59,394 nucleotides of DNA from Clostridia bacterium. GTDB taxonomy: Bacteria > Bacillota > Clostridia > Oscillospirales > CAG-272. The notes beneath the pieces were generated by a model. It saw only the letters and a program-made list of their open reading frames with translations, searched no databases and was not told the DNA's origin. The position numbers and the translations under genes are program-made. The DNA is taken from contig JAFQFS010000087.1 of the NCBI GenBank assembly GCA_017398585.1, positions 1-59,394 on the forward strand. The letters are read 5' to 3'. Positions 8,478-17,322 of the stretch are shown piece by piece (the first letter of the stretch is position 1; each line of letters begins with the position of its first letter).

Positions 8478-10589
8478 ATGGCATCCGCCCCCAGAGGTCA
8501 GGGCGATAACAGCGGAAACTTTTTTGTCCGTCTTGTTCGCGCCAGCATCATACTGACTGCCCTCGACCGGTTCTGCGCATACATTTATCACCTCATCAAG
8601 ACCGGGTTCTTCGGGTATATCTTCAGCGGCTACCGCGGTGAGCTGAACGCCCCGCTTTTTTCCGGTCTCCGGAGATCCAAGACGTCCCGCCACTTCGCGG
8701 AACTGCGGTACGGTCTGTGCCGGCGGATCGAATCCAGTGTGATTCTGAACGGCATCACGTATTTCGGAAAATACCTGCTCGGATGCCGCCTGCGCTGTTA
8801 CGGCGCATTCTTTGCCTCCTTCGGGTTCTATACCGCCTTTTCCGCCTATCTGTATTCCATGTTTTCGGGCGACCTCGCCTCGGTTGCGGATCATCCGTAC
8901 ATCCTTCCGGCGTTGGTCATGCTCCTTGCCTCCATCCCCCTCGTTATGTCCAAACGGACCCTTTCCCAGTCCCTGCGTGAGACCCTGTTCGGCCGCTTCG
9001 TCATGCTGGCCACCGGCTTCACCGCAGAAGACATCGCGGACACGCTCGGCGCGGGCGGACATCAGGGAATCCCCTTCCTCTTCGGCATTATCTGCGGCGC
9101 CATGACCTACTTTGTTTCGCCGGTTTATATCCTCCTCGGAATGGCGGCGCTGCTGTGGCTCTATCTGGTCATGATCCGTCCGGAACTCGGCGTACTGACG
9201 CTGTTCTTCGCGATGCCGTTGTTCCCGACCATGCTCCTCGGTGCAGTCACCGCCTACACGGTGTTCTGTACTTTTATCAAGTTCCTCCGCGGCAAGCGGA
9301 TCCTCCGGATCGAACCCATCGACATCACCGTGATGGCGTTTGCCGTTCTTCTGTTTTTCGGCGGGACCGTCTCTCTGTCCGAACAGTCGCTCAAGCCGGC
9401 GCTCCTGATGGTCTGCTTCATTTTCGGTTATTTCCTCACCGTCGGACTGATGACCACCCGTGCGTGGCTCGTCCGCTGCTCGACGGCGTGCGTGCTCTCC
9501 GCCACCCTCGTTTCACTCTACGGTATTTTCATGTACTTTACCGGCGGCGGCTATTCCTCCTCCGCATGGCTTGACAGCGAAATGTTCTCCGGTATCGGCG
9601 GACGTGCCGTAGCGACCCTTGAAAACCCCAACATGCTCGGTGAATACCTCATTCTCATCATTCCGATCGCGGTCGGCATGCTGATCGGACGCGGGGAAGG
9701 ACTCCGCCGCATCCCGGCATTTTTCTGCATCGGCATCATGGGTGTCTGCCTCATCCTCACGTGGAGCCGCGGCGCATGGCTCGGCCTGATCTTCGCCGCT
9801 CTCCTCTTCCTGTTCATGTGGCACCGCCGCTCCGTCTGGGTGATCCTCGCAGGCATCGCATCCATTCCTGTCCTGCCGATGATCCTGCCGGCATCCATCG
9901 TCTCGCGCTTCACCAGCATCGGCAACATGACCGACTCGTCCACGTCCTACCGTGTGTACATCTGGCGTGCGACCATCAATATGATCGAGGACAACCTTAC
10001 CACCGGCATCGGCATCGGAGAAGGTGCATGGGACCGTCTGTATCCCCTGTACGCCTACCTCGGTGTGGAAGCCGCACCTCACTCGCATAACCTCTATCTG
10101 CAGATCTGGCTGGAACTCGGTATCATCGGACTTCTCGTCTTTGTCGTCTTCCTGTTCCTGCTGTACCAGTCCGGGTTCACGCTCTTCTCCCGCCTTGCCG
10201 GAGACAGCGACCTTTCCACTCCGGACCTTTCCGGCAGTCTCCTCCGCCGGAACCTGAGCGAAGGTCTGGATCTCCGCAGGGAACTTGAACGCAGCAAGAC
10301 CCAGCTCCGTCTCTCCACTGCCGCTCCCCTCTGCGGGATCTTCGCCGTCCTCGTGCAGGGCATGACCGACTATGCGTGGTACAACTACCGCCTGTACCTC
10401 ATGTTCTGGCTCGTCTGCGGACTGGCCTCCGCGTATGCGAGAAACGGCAGCAGCCAGATCCGTACTTCCTATACCAATACCTCCGAACATTTCAGCGCGG
10501 ATTTTCCGCTCGATACCGGAACCAAGAAGAAAAAAGTCAACACGGAACCCGAACGTACGGGAGACACCGAAGAAAGGAAAGAGAAATGA
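8478..10589 (+). CDS. O-antigen ligase (Wzy_C/IctB-like) family membrane protein
   Basis: Many TM segments; ENPNMLGEYL, TWSRGAWLG, R-x-x-IW..GIG, HSHNLYLQ. Confidence 0.88.
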   Translation: MASAPRGQGDNSGNFFVRLVRASIILTALDRFCAYIYHLIKTGFFGYIFSGYRGELNAPLFSGLRRSKTSRHFAELRYGLCRRIESSVILNGITYFGKYLLGCRLRCYGAFFASFGFYTAFSAYLYSMFSGDLASVADHPYILPALVMLLASIPLVMSKRTLSQSLRETLFGRFVMLATGFTAEDIADTLGAGGHQGIPFLFGIICGAMTYFVSPVYILLGMAALLWLYLVMIRPELGVLTLFFAMPLFPTMLLGAVTAYTVFCTFIKFLRGKRILRIEPIDITVMAFAVLLFFGGTVSLSEQSLKPALLMVCFIFGYFLTVGLMTTRAWLVRCSTACVLSATLVSLYGIFMYFTGGGYSSSAWLDSEMFSGIGGRAVATLENPNMLGEYLILIIPIAVGMLIGRGEGLRRIPAFFCIGIMGVCLILTWSRGAWLGLIFAALLFLFMWHRRSVWVILAGIASIPVLPMILPASIVSRFTSIGNMTDSSTSYRVYIWRATINMIEDNLTTGIGIGEGAWDRLYPLYAYLGVEAAPHSHNLYLQIWLELGIIGLLVFVVFLFLLYQSGFTLFSRLAGDSDLSTPDLSGSLLRRNLSEGLDLRRELERSKTQLRLSTAAPLCGIFAVLVQGMTDYAWYNYRLYLMFWLVCGLASAYARNGSSQIRTSYTNTSEHFSADFPLDTGTKKKKVNTEPERTGDTEERKEK

Positions 10590-11071
10590 GCAAGAGAAAA
10601 TTGCGTTTCAATGCCATTGACGCACTGATCATCCTTGTGATCGCCGCTGCAGTTTTCGTCCTGCTGTATGTTTTTGTGTTCAGCGGACGCGGAACACAGA
10701 ATACAGCGGAAGTCAACTATACCACCATCAACTATGTTGTCGAGATCCAGAATCTCGACGAACACCTCGCAGAAGCCGTCAAAAAAGGGCAGCCGGTGGA
10801 AGATGCGGTAGAACGCAAGAAAATCGGTACGGTCAGCGGTGTCCAGCCGGTCAAGTATGAAAAGATCACATTCGACTCCCAGAACGGCGTGGAAATTGCC
10901 GCAGCCGTCGGGGGAAAGATCACGCTGAAGATCACCATCGAAGCACAGGCGATCGAGAGTGACCGTGCGTTCACCGTGGACGGATGCGAGATCCGCGTCG
11001 GCCAGCAGTACAGCCTGATCCTCCCCGACCTGTACGGGTTCGGTTACTGCACCGAAATAATCGCCAACTGA
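10586..11071 (+). CDS. DUF4330 family protein
   Basis: ATGA overlap with upstream stop; RFNAIDALIILVI N-terminal anchor, C-terminal EIRVGQ. Confidence 0.75.
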   Translation: MSKRKLRFNAIDALIILVIAAAVFVLLYVFVFSGRGTQNTAEVNYTTINYVVEIQNLDEHLAEAVKKGQPVEDAVERKKIGTVSGVQPVKYEKITFDSQNGVEIAAAVGGKITLKITIEAQAIESDRAFTVDGCEIRVGQQYSLILPDLYGFGYCTEIIAN

Positions 11072-11083
11072 CGGAGGTGCATC

Positions 11084-12310
11084 ATGACTCAGAATCAACT
11101 GTTGTACGGAATTGTCGCGCTCATCTGCGCCTCCCTTCTGGCATATGCCATGACGCCGATCGTACGTGTTCTTGCGTTCCGCATCGGTGCCGTGGACGTT
11201 CCGCTTGATAACCGGCGTATCCATAAAAAGCCCATGCCGCGTATCGGCGGTCTTGCCATCTACCTCAGTTTCACGCTGACCACCATAATTTTCTGCAAAC
11301 CGACTCCCGAGCTGACCACCATCTGGATCGGCGGCGGCGCACTTGTGATTCTCGGGATCCTCGACGACATTTACCGCCTCAACGCATGGCTGAAACTGAT
11401 CGTTCAGCTCGGCGTTGCGATTTTCGCTGTTGTGAACGGCTGTGTCATCGACCATATCAACCTCGGCGGTGTGTATGTTTCTCTCGGTGTGTTCAGCGCT
11501 CCGCTCACCGTCCTCTGGATCGCGGGTCTCACCAATGCCATCAACCTGATCGATGGTCTGGATGGTCTTGCGTGCGGCGTGTCGGCGATCTCGTCGATGT
11601 CCCTGCTCCTCGTTGTCATGCTGCAGGGTGACTTTGTCAGCGCAACCATCTGTGCGATTCTGCTCGGTTCCTGTCTCGGCTTCCTGCCGTTCAACTTTAA
11701 TCCTGCACGCATCTTCATGGGCGACACCGGCGCGCTGTTCCTCGGCTTTACACTTGCCGTGATCTCGGTCTTCGGTGTATTCAAGCTGCACGCAGTGCTG
11801 GCGTTCCTCGTCCCCTTCGCAATCTTTGCGCTGCCCCTGTTCGATACGCTGTTTGCGATCTGCCGCCGTATTCTCTCCGGCAAAAGTCCCTTTGCACCGG
11901 ACCGCGGACACATCCATCATAAGCTGATCGATATGGGGTTTACCCAGAAGGAATCCGTCAAGATTCTGTATGCCATCTGCGGCATTTTCGGGCTGGTGGC
12001 GGTTTTCTGTACCGAATCCATGTTCCATACCATGCGCGTAACCAAGTCCATTCTGATCGCGGTCATTGCGATGGGACTCTTCATTCTGAACTATATCATC
12101 CTCAAGGACCCCGACTGGCGGAAGCATTCCGGTCTGACCGAAGACGAGATGACCGTTTCGGAGTATATCAATGAACTTGATCCGGAAAAGGCAAGAAAAA
12201 TCGAAGCCCACAACGGCGGTCATGTGGAGAAAAAAGATGAATCCGCAAAAGAACCCGAACCCGCTCCGGAAGAAATGCGGGCGGACGTCGGGGACGAAGA
12301 ACAGAAATAA
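11084..12310 (+). CDS. Undecaprenyl-phosphate sugar-1-phosphate transferase (WecA/TagO, MraY-like family)
   Basis: PRIGG, GILDD, NAINLIDGLDGL, FMGDTG, DRGHIHH. Confidence 0.92.
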   Translation: MTQNQLLYGIVALICASLLAYAMTPIVRVLAFRIGAVDVPLDNRRIHKKPMPRIGGLAIYLSFTLTTIIFCKPTPELTTIWIGGGALVILGILDDIYRLNAWLKLIVQLGVAIFAVVNGCVIDHINLGGVYVSLGVFSAPLTVLWIAGLTNAINLIDGLDGLACGVSAISSMSLLLVVMLQGDFVSATICAILLGSCLGFLPFNFNPARIFMGDTGALFLGFTLAVISVFGVFKLHAVLAFLVPFAIFALPLFDTLFAICRRILSGKSPFAPDRGHIHHKLIDMGFTQKESVKILYAICGIFGLVAVFCTESMFHTMRVTKSILIAVIAMGLFILNYIILKDPDWRKHSGLTEDEMTVSEYINELDPEKARKIEAHNGGHVEKKDESAKEPEPAPEEMRADVGDEEQK

Positions 12311-12319
12311 GGAAATCAA

Positions 12320-13108
12320 ATGGATCCGAACGATATGCGTACTCCGGCAAAATACCGGGGTGTCAAGATCACATCCGGCGTTGTCCTTGCCGCTGTGACC
12401 GTCCTGATCGCGGTCCTGCTCATACTGCTTCTGAAGAAGACCGGCGTGATTCCGCCGTCTTTCCTGCAGTCTGTGTTCGGAAACGGTGAAACTGCGGAAC
12501 AGACCGAAGAGGTCGGAACAAGTGTACTCCCGGATTTTTCCGCAGACGCTGCTGCTGCCATCGAACATTACTACACCTTTTCGGTGGATCCCCGCGAAAC
12601 GCTGGCTGCGCTGACGGAACGGAATTCCTATGTCCGTGAGTTCCGCGTGATCAACTCTTACGGCGGGGAAGCGGACAGCCAGAAATATACCCTTACCGTA
12701 AGCGGAGACCGCTGCCGCCTCGAGTCCGACTTCAAAACCGTACTGTGCGACGGAACAACCACCTGTACCATCACGGACACTTACCGGACGAAACTGGACG
12801 GTACGGTATTCACTCCGGAAAATGAGATCGGCATCACCTCACTGGAGGACGTCAAAGCGATGGCGGAAAAGGGAAGCGTCACGTACCCCGGCCGCGGTAC
12901 GGACAACAAGACCCTGCTCATCGTATCGGAAAATGCGGAATCCGGCATCCTGTATGAATTTGCCGTCTCCATCGAGACCGGCATTGTGATGGCCGAGCGT
13001 TCCTACATCGGCGGTGAGCTGTACCGTGCGGTCATTACCGATTCGGTGGACATTTTCGCGGCAGATTCTCTTCCCGAAGATTATTTTGAAATTCCCATGG
13101 AACCATGA
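12320..13108 (+). CDS. Membrane-anchored hypothetical protein (possibly LolA-like fold)
   Basis: Single N-terminal TM then acidic beta-rich region; fold guess is inference. Confidence 0.65.
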   Translation: MDPNDMRTPAKYRGVKITSGVVLAAVTVLIAVLLILLLKKTGVIPPSFLQSVFGNGETAEQTEEVGTSVLPDFSADAAAAIEHYYTFSVDPRETLAALTERNSYVREFRVINSYGGEADSQKYTLTVSGDRCRLESDFKTVLCDGTTTCTITDTYRTKLDGTVFTPENEIGITSLEDVKAMAEKGSVTYPGRGTDNKTLLIVSENAESGILYEFAVSIETGIVMAERSYIGGELYRAVITDSVDIFAADSLPEDYFEIPMEP

Positions 13109-13123
13109 CGATTGGAGATCATT

Positions 13124-13636
13124 ATGAATAAAATAAAAAAACAGCGCATCGGCGCATTGGATGTATTCATCATCGTGGCTGTTCTGGTCTGTGCGGTCAG
13201 CGTTGGCCTCCGCATGTTCATGACGCGGAACTCCGACCTCGACAAGAATGTTCAGCTTGACAACTATATCGTTTCCTTTAAGGTCATGGGCATCCGTGAC
13301 TCCTCGGCGAAAAACTATCTCCGGCAGGGAACGAACTTCTATCTCGACGAAAACGATGCCTTCTTCGGCACCCTCCGCGAAGGCGTTGCCACCAACGATG
13401 CCGAGACGTATTACGACATGCCGGACGGTACCGTCGTCCTCGCGCCGAATACGGCTACGGGCGACCAGTACCGCGTCGATGCGGAATGCAGCCTTGACGT
13501 CACAGGAAAAATGGACGCAAACGGCTATTTTCTCCTCGGCGGCAACAAATACATCGGCATTAACAAGGAACTCCTGATCTACAGCAAATACCTTTCGATC
13601 ACCGTCATCGTAACGGACATTACGAAGGCACAATAA
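13124..13636 (+). CDS. DUF4330 family protein (second paralog)
   Basis: RIGALDVFIIVAV anchor and size similar to 10586-11071; ATG 13124 after GGAG. Confidence 0.72.
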   Translation: MNKIKKQRIGALDVFIIVAVLVCAVSVGLRMFMTRNSDLDKNVQLDNYIVSFKVMGIRDSSAKNYLRQGTNFYLDENDAFFGTLREGVATNDAETYYDMPDGTVVLAPNTATGDQYRVDAECSLDVTGKMDANGYFLLGGNKYIGINKELLIYSKYLSITVIVTDITKAQ

Positions 13637-13640
13637 AGCA

Positions 13641-13682
13641 AGATAAAAAGTGACTGCGGAATTCCGCAGTCACTTTTTATCT
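13641..13682. terminator. Bidirectional terminator (perfect 42 bp palindrome)
   Basis: AGATAAAAAGTGACTGCGGAA|TTCCGCAGTCACTTTTTATCT between convergent genes. Confidence 0.8.
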
Positions 13683-13694
13683 GTTATCAGGCAA

Positions 13695-14495
13695 TTAAAG
13701 TTCCAGAGCAGCGCCGACGGGGTAGTGGTCGGAAACGGTGATGCCGTTTACTTCGTCGTCCATCTTCATCGTACGTGCAGGTTCCGCGTACGGGAGGTTG
13801 GAGAAGACGTAGTCGATCTTGATCTGAACCTTTTCGGGATTGTTGTTGTGGAAGGTGAAGCCGGCGGGTTCGGTCATGTCGGCCAGCTTTTCGCCCGCAC
13901 CGGTGAACTTCAGGATGGTCTTGATGACAGGGCTGTCGGGCGTTGCGTTCATGTCGCCGGTCAGGATCACGGGCATCGGCCACTTCTTGTAGTCTTCCGC
14001 CATGCGGTTGAGGATCACGGTGATTCCCTGCGCCTGTGCGATCGGTCCTACGTGGTCGAGGTGGGTGTTGTAGTGGCGGAACAGCTTTCCGTTTTCCTTG
14101 CAGCGAAGGGTAGCGGCAACGCAGATTCTCGGGCAGTCGGACTGGTCGGTCACGAAACGGGTACCGGGGATGCCGGGCGTATCGGACAGCCAGAACATGT
14201 TCAGGTCGAGCAGGTCAAACTTGTCCTTCTTGAACATGATGACGTTGCTTTCGCCGAGCAGGTTCGCGTCACGTCCGAGACCGCATACCTGATAATCCGG
14301 AAAATTGTCGATCAGCCACTGACGCTGAGCGGGCATGGTTTCCTGGAACCCGATGATGTCCGCCTCGTATGCCGGAAGCTTTTCCTTGATGATCTCACGG
14401 CGTACCGCAAAGCATCTCGGATTTCCGGAGGAAGCACCGCCGTCCGCGCGTCCGTCCGTCCAGATGTTGAATGAAAATACACGAAGTTCGCTCAT
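13695..14495 (-). CDS. Endonuclease/exonuclease/phosphatase family protein
   Basis: SFNI, DIIGFQE, NTHLDH, GDMN, IDY, SDHYPV. Confidence 0.9.
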   Translation of the reverse strand: MSELRVFSFNIWTDGRADGGASSGNPRCFAVRREIIKEKLPAYEADIIGFQETMPAQRQWLIDNFPDYQVCGLGRDANLLGESNVIMFKKDKFDLLDLNMFWLSDTPGIPGTRFVTDQSDCPRICVAATLRCKENGKLFRHYNTHLDHVGPIAQAQGITVILNRMAEDYKKWPMPVILTGDMNATPDSPVIKTILKFTGAGEKLADMTEPAGFTFHNNNPEKVQIKIDYVFSNLPYAEPARTMKMDDEVNGITVSDHYPVGAALEL

Positions 14496-14525
14496 GATTT
14501 TCCTCCTTATTGGGAAGTGAAGTTA

Positions 14526-14611
14526 TTGGGGAGGAACTTTTTGAAAAAAGTTCCTCCCCAACCCCCTCTTCCAAAACTTTTGGACGAATAAGAAACAGGG
14601 TATGGTGCGGA
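14526..14611 (+). repeat. Dispersed palindromic repeat unit 3
   Basis: TTGGGGAGGAACTTTTT-GA-AAAAAGTTCCTCCCCAA, tail CCCCCTCTTCCAAAACTTT, GTGCGGA 24 bp later. Confidence 0.9.
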
Positions 14612-14653
14612 AATTTAGTTCAAAAAGGTTCTGTCCCGTTTGATGTTGAAAAT

Positions 14654-14682
14654 ATTATAGCACGAAATTCCCGCTGAAACAA
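14654..14682 (-). promoter_or_regulatory. Sigma-A promoter of the EEP gene
   Basis: Minus strand TTGTTT-17 bp-TATAAT with TG; overlaps hairpin AGCACGAAAT..ATTTCGTGCT. Confidence 0.6.
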
Positions 14683-14717
14683 GAGATTTCGTGCTGTTTT
14701 TTCATTATTATCTTATA

Positions 14718-15800
14718 TTATCTTATCCCGCGGACCGCAAATAAATTCAGGTCCCACATAGGAATGCAGGGGACACGCCGCAGGTACAGCCGGTGTTCCG
14801 GCAGAAGAGAATGAACTTCGTTCACGAGCGCGTACAGGTCGTCCGTGCGGTGGTACAGCGATACTGCCATGTTCGGACGGCACCGACGGATCGTCTTCTC
14901 CGCGCCCTTCAGTGCGCTTTCCTCCGCACCTTCCACGTCGAGCTTGATGAGATCGATGTCCGCACCGTCGCAGATTGTGTCGATCGTGCGCATGGGCACG
15001 GTCTTTCCGCTCGCGCGGTGATTCTGTCCGTCTTTTCCGGAACCACGGCTGCCGGACGAAACGTATTCCATCTCGCCGTCGCGGTCAAACAGTGCCGCGT
15101 TGACCGGAATCACTTCCGCACGGCTTTCCGCTTCCGCATATGCCGACAGCTTCACGAACGTTTTCGGATCCGCTTCCACTGCGAGAATCTTCTCCGGATG
15201 AATTCCTTCGATGAATTCCGCCGCACTGTCGCCTTTGAACGCACCACCGTCGAGCATCGTGCCGATGGTCTTCCCGCCGAACAGCTCCGCAAGACTGCGT
15301 ACCGCATCGCCGGTGTCGGTCAGATACGCCGTTTTTCCGGTCAGCCGGAAGTTGACGGCGTCATAAAACAGCTTCCGCGAAACATCATCCGCAAACAGCG
15401 CCGCCGTCTGTTCAAGAACGTCACGGTGTTCCGCAAAATACGCCATGTCGAACAGTTCACCGCCGTACAGCGGAACGTCGGGGATCCGCAGATCGTGCTT
15501 CCGGTCGAGGAAAAAAATAAATTCCTTCACCGAATCCAGTGTCGTGCCGAACGCGAGCAGAATGACGATGTCGTCCCCGTATTCCGCGGCGACATCCGAA
15601 TACGACCGCACGTGATACCCGTGAAAATACCGGTCGCGCACGAATCCGTCCGACGCGAACACGCCGGTCAGCGTCACATTGTATTTTTCAAGCGCCGCAA
15701 GGATTTTGTCGCCGCCGTTGCCCGTCCCGTACAGAAAGACCGGACGTGTTTCCGCGGCAAGCTCGTCCCACAGCGAAACATTCACAAACTCCATCGTCAT
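14718..15800 (-). CDS. FkbM family SAM-dependent methyltransferase
   Basis: LDGGAFKGD, AVEAD, IKLDVEGAE, SLYHRTDDL. Confidence 0.9.
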   Translation of the reverse strand: MTMEFVNVSLWDELAAETRPVFLYGTGNGGDKILAALEKYNVTLTGVFASDGFVRDRYFHGYHVRSYSDVAAEYGDDIVILLAFGTTLDSVKEFIFFLDRKHDLRIPDVPLYGGELFDMAYFAEHRDVLEQTAALFADDVSRKLFYDAVNFRLTGKTAYLTDTGDAVRSLAELFGGKTIGTMLDGGAFKGDSAAEFIEGIHPEKILAVEADPKTFVKLSAYAEAESRAEVIPVNAALFDRDGEMEYVSSGSRGSGKDGQNHRASGKTVPMRTIDTICDGADIDLIKLDVEGAEESALKGAEKTIRRCRPNMAVSLYHRTDDLYALVNEVHSLLPEHRLYLRRVPCIPMWDLNLFAVRGIR

Positions 15801-16624
15801 TTTCCGAACTCATCCGCGTAGGAGAGGAACCGCATCGCGTTGTTCCAGAGAATATCCTCGCGCTGCCTGTCCGTCAGGTCGATCCGGAAGAAGCGTTCCA
15901 GCTCTTCCGGCGTGTTCATGACCGGATAGTCCGTTCCGAACATGACCTGTTCATGCCCGAGCTTACCGATGATCTCCTTCGCCTTTTCCGGCGTCATTGC
16001 CCAGAGCGCGGACGAGGTATCGTACCATACGTTTTCGCGTCCGGCAAGCAGATCCACGGCGTTGTCCCACGCCTTGTAGCCGCCCAGATGCGCCGCAACG
16101 ACCACAAGGGAAGGGAACTTTTCAAGCACGTCCACGAGCTTTGCAGCCTCCGAGAAGCGGTACTGCGGGCGATCGTCGCCCATGTGCAGGTACAGCCGCA
16201 TTCCCTTCGCCTGCATGATCTCATACAGCGGGAGCATGCGCGGGTCGTTGATGTCGACCTCCTGAATGTCAGGATGGATCTTCACACCGCAGAGTCCGAG
16301 TCCGATGCAACGTTCGATCTCGCCTTCGAAATCCGGATAATCCTGATACATTCCCGCAAAACCGTAGGTTTTGAACCCGTGCGAACGGGAGAGCTTCACC
16401 AGTTCCGCGATGGAGGAGTTGACCTTAGGAACCTGGTGGGCATTGGTCGCGACGGAGAAGAGCAGATACCCGCCGACATTGTTTTCCGCTGCCTGCGATT
16501 CGAGGTGCGCGTAGGTGCCTTTGCCGTAAACGGTGAAGTTGTAGAACTTCCCGAGATTGACGCAGGCCTTCTCGGAGATGGCTTCCGGGTAGGTGTGCGT
16601 GTGAATATCAAATACTTTGAACAT
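15797..16624 (-). CDS. Amidohydrolase_2 family metal-dependent hydrolase
   Basis: DIHTH, GVKIHP, AAHLGG, FGTDYP. Confidence 0.9.
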   Translation of the reverse strand: MFKVFDIHTHTYPEAISEKACVNLGKFYNFTVYGKGTYAHLESQAAENNVGGYLLFSVATNAHQVPKVNSSIAELVKLSRSHGFKTYGFAGMYQDYPDFEGEIERCIGLGLCGVKIHPDIQEVDINDPRMLPLYEIMQAKGMRLYLHMGDDRPQYRFSEAAKLVDVLEKFPSLVVVAAHLGGYKAWDNAVDLLAGRENVWYDTSSALWAMTPEKAKEIIGKLGHEQVMFGTDYPVMNTPEELERFFRIDLTDRQREDILWNNAMRFLSYADEFGK

Positions 16625-16635
16625 AATGTTTACCC

Positions 16636-16664
16636 TTGATTTTTCCCTGCGTGTGTGGTAGAAT
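16636..16664 (+). promoter_or_regulatory. Sigma-A promoter of the HIT gene
   Basis: TTGATT-17 bp-TAGAAT with TG. Confidence 0.55.
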
Positions 16665-16696
16665 ATTGAAAAACAACTCGTTAAGGAGACTCAAAA

Positions 16697-17032
16697 ATGG
16701 ATTGCCTTTTCTGTAAGATCATCGCGGGAGACATCCCGTCGGCCAAAGTGTATGAAGACGACGATATGTACGCGTTCCGCGACATCAATCCCGAAGCACC
16801 GTGCCACGTTCTGGTGGTACCCAAGAAGCACATCGCATCCGCAGACGAAATAGGAGCGGACAACAGCGCGATCGTCGCAAAAATCTACGAAAAAATTCCG
16901 GAAATCGCCCGCCTCGGCGGCGTAAAGAACGGCTACCGCGTCGTCACCAACTGCGGTCCCGATGCCGGCCAGACCGTCTTCCACCTGCACTTCCACATCC
17001 TCGGCGGCGCAGTTCTCGGAAAAATGGCTTAA
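16697..17032 (+). CDS. Histidine triad (HINT) nucleotide-binding protein
   Basis: DCLFCKII, GQTVFHLHFHILGG. Confidence 0.95.
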   Translation: MDCLFCKIIAGDIPSAKVYEDDDMYAFRDINPEAPCHVLVVPKKHIASADEIGADNSAIVAKIYEKIPEIARLGGVKNGYRVVTNCGPDAGQTVFHLHFHILGGAVLGKMA

Positions 17033-17051
17033 TTGAAGAAATAGAGTTTGC

Positions 17052-17315
17052 GGGGAAAAACTTTTTGGAAAAAGTTTTTCCCCAAGTTAATTTATTAACT
17101 TGTCACCCCATTTTCAAAAACTTTTATACGAAAAGGAGAAACATAGTTGAGTGCAGATTTGAAGTACCTGAATTTTGTTAAGCTGACAAAATTACGTATA
17201 CGAACGCTCTGCACAAACTCAGTCTGTCTTTTCAGTTTAAAGTTTTTTGGAAGGGTGTCCGGTTCCGACTTGCAGAGCAAGTCGGGGAAAACTTTTTTCA
17301 AAAAAGTTTTCCCCG
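17052..17315. repeat. Inverted doublet of the palindromic repeat (units 4 and 5), REPIN/MITE-like
   Basis: Hairpins at 17052-17083 and 17283-17315 with tails facing inward; inner GTGCAGA 17151-17157 and TCTGCAC 17208-17214. Confidence 0.88.
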
Positions 17316-17322
17316 AAAAACT

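Noticed and set aside
17052-17315. CRISPR array interpretation of the repeat and spacer pattern
   Set aside because: Units are dispersed or paired in inverted orientation, not tandem direct repeats. They vary in sequence and no cas genes are present.
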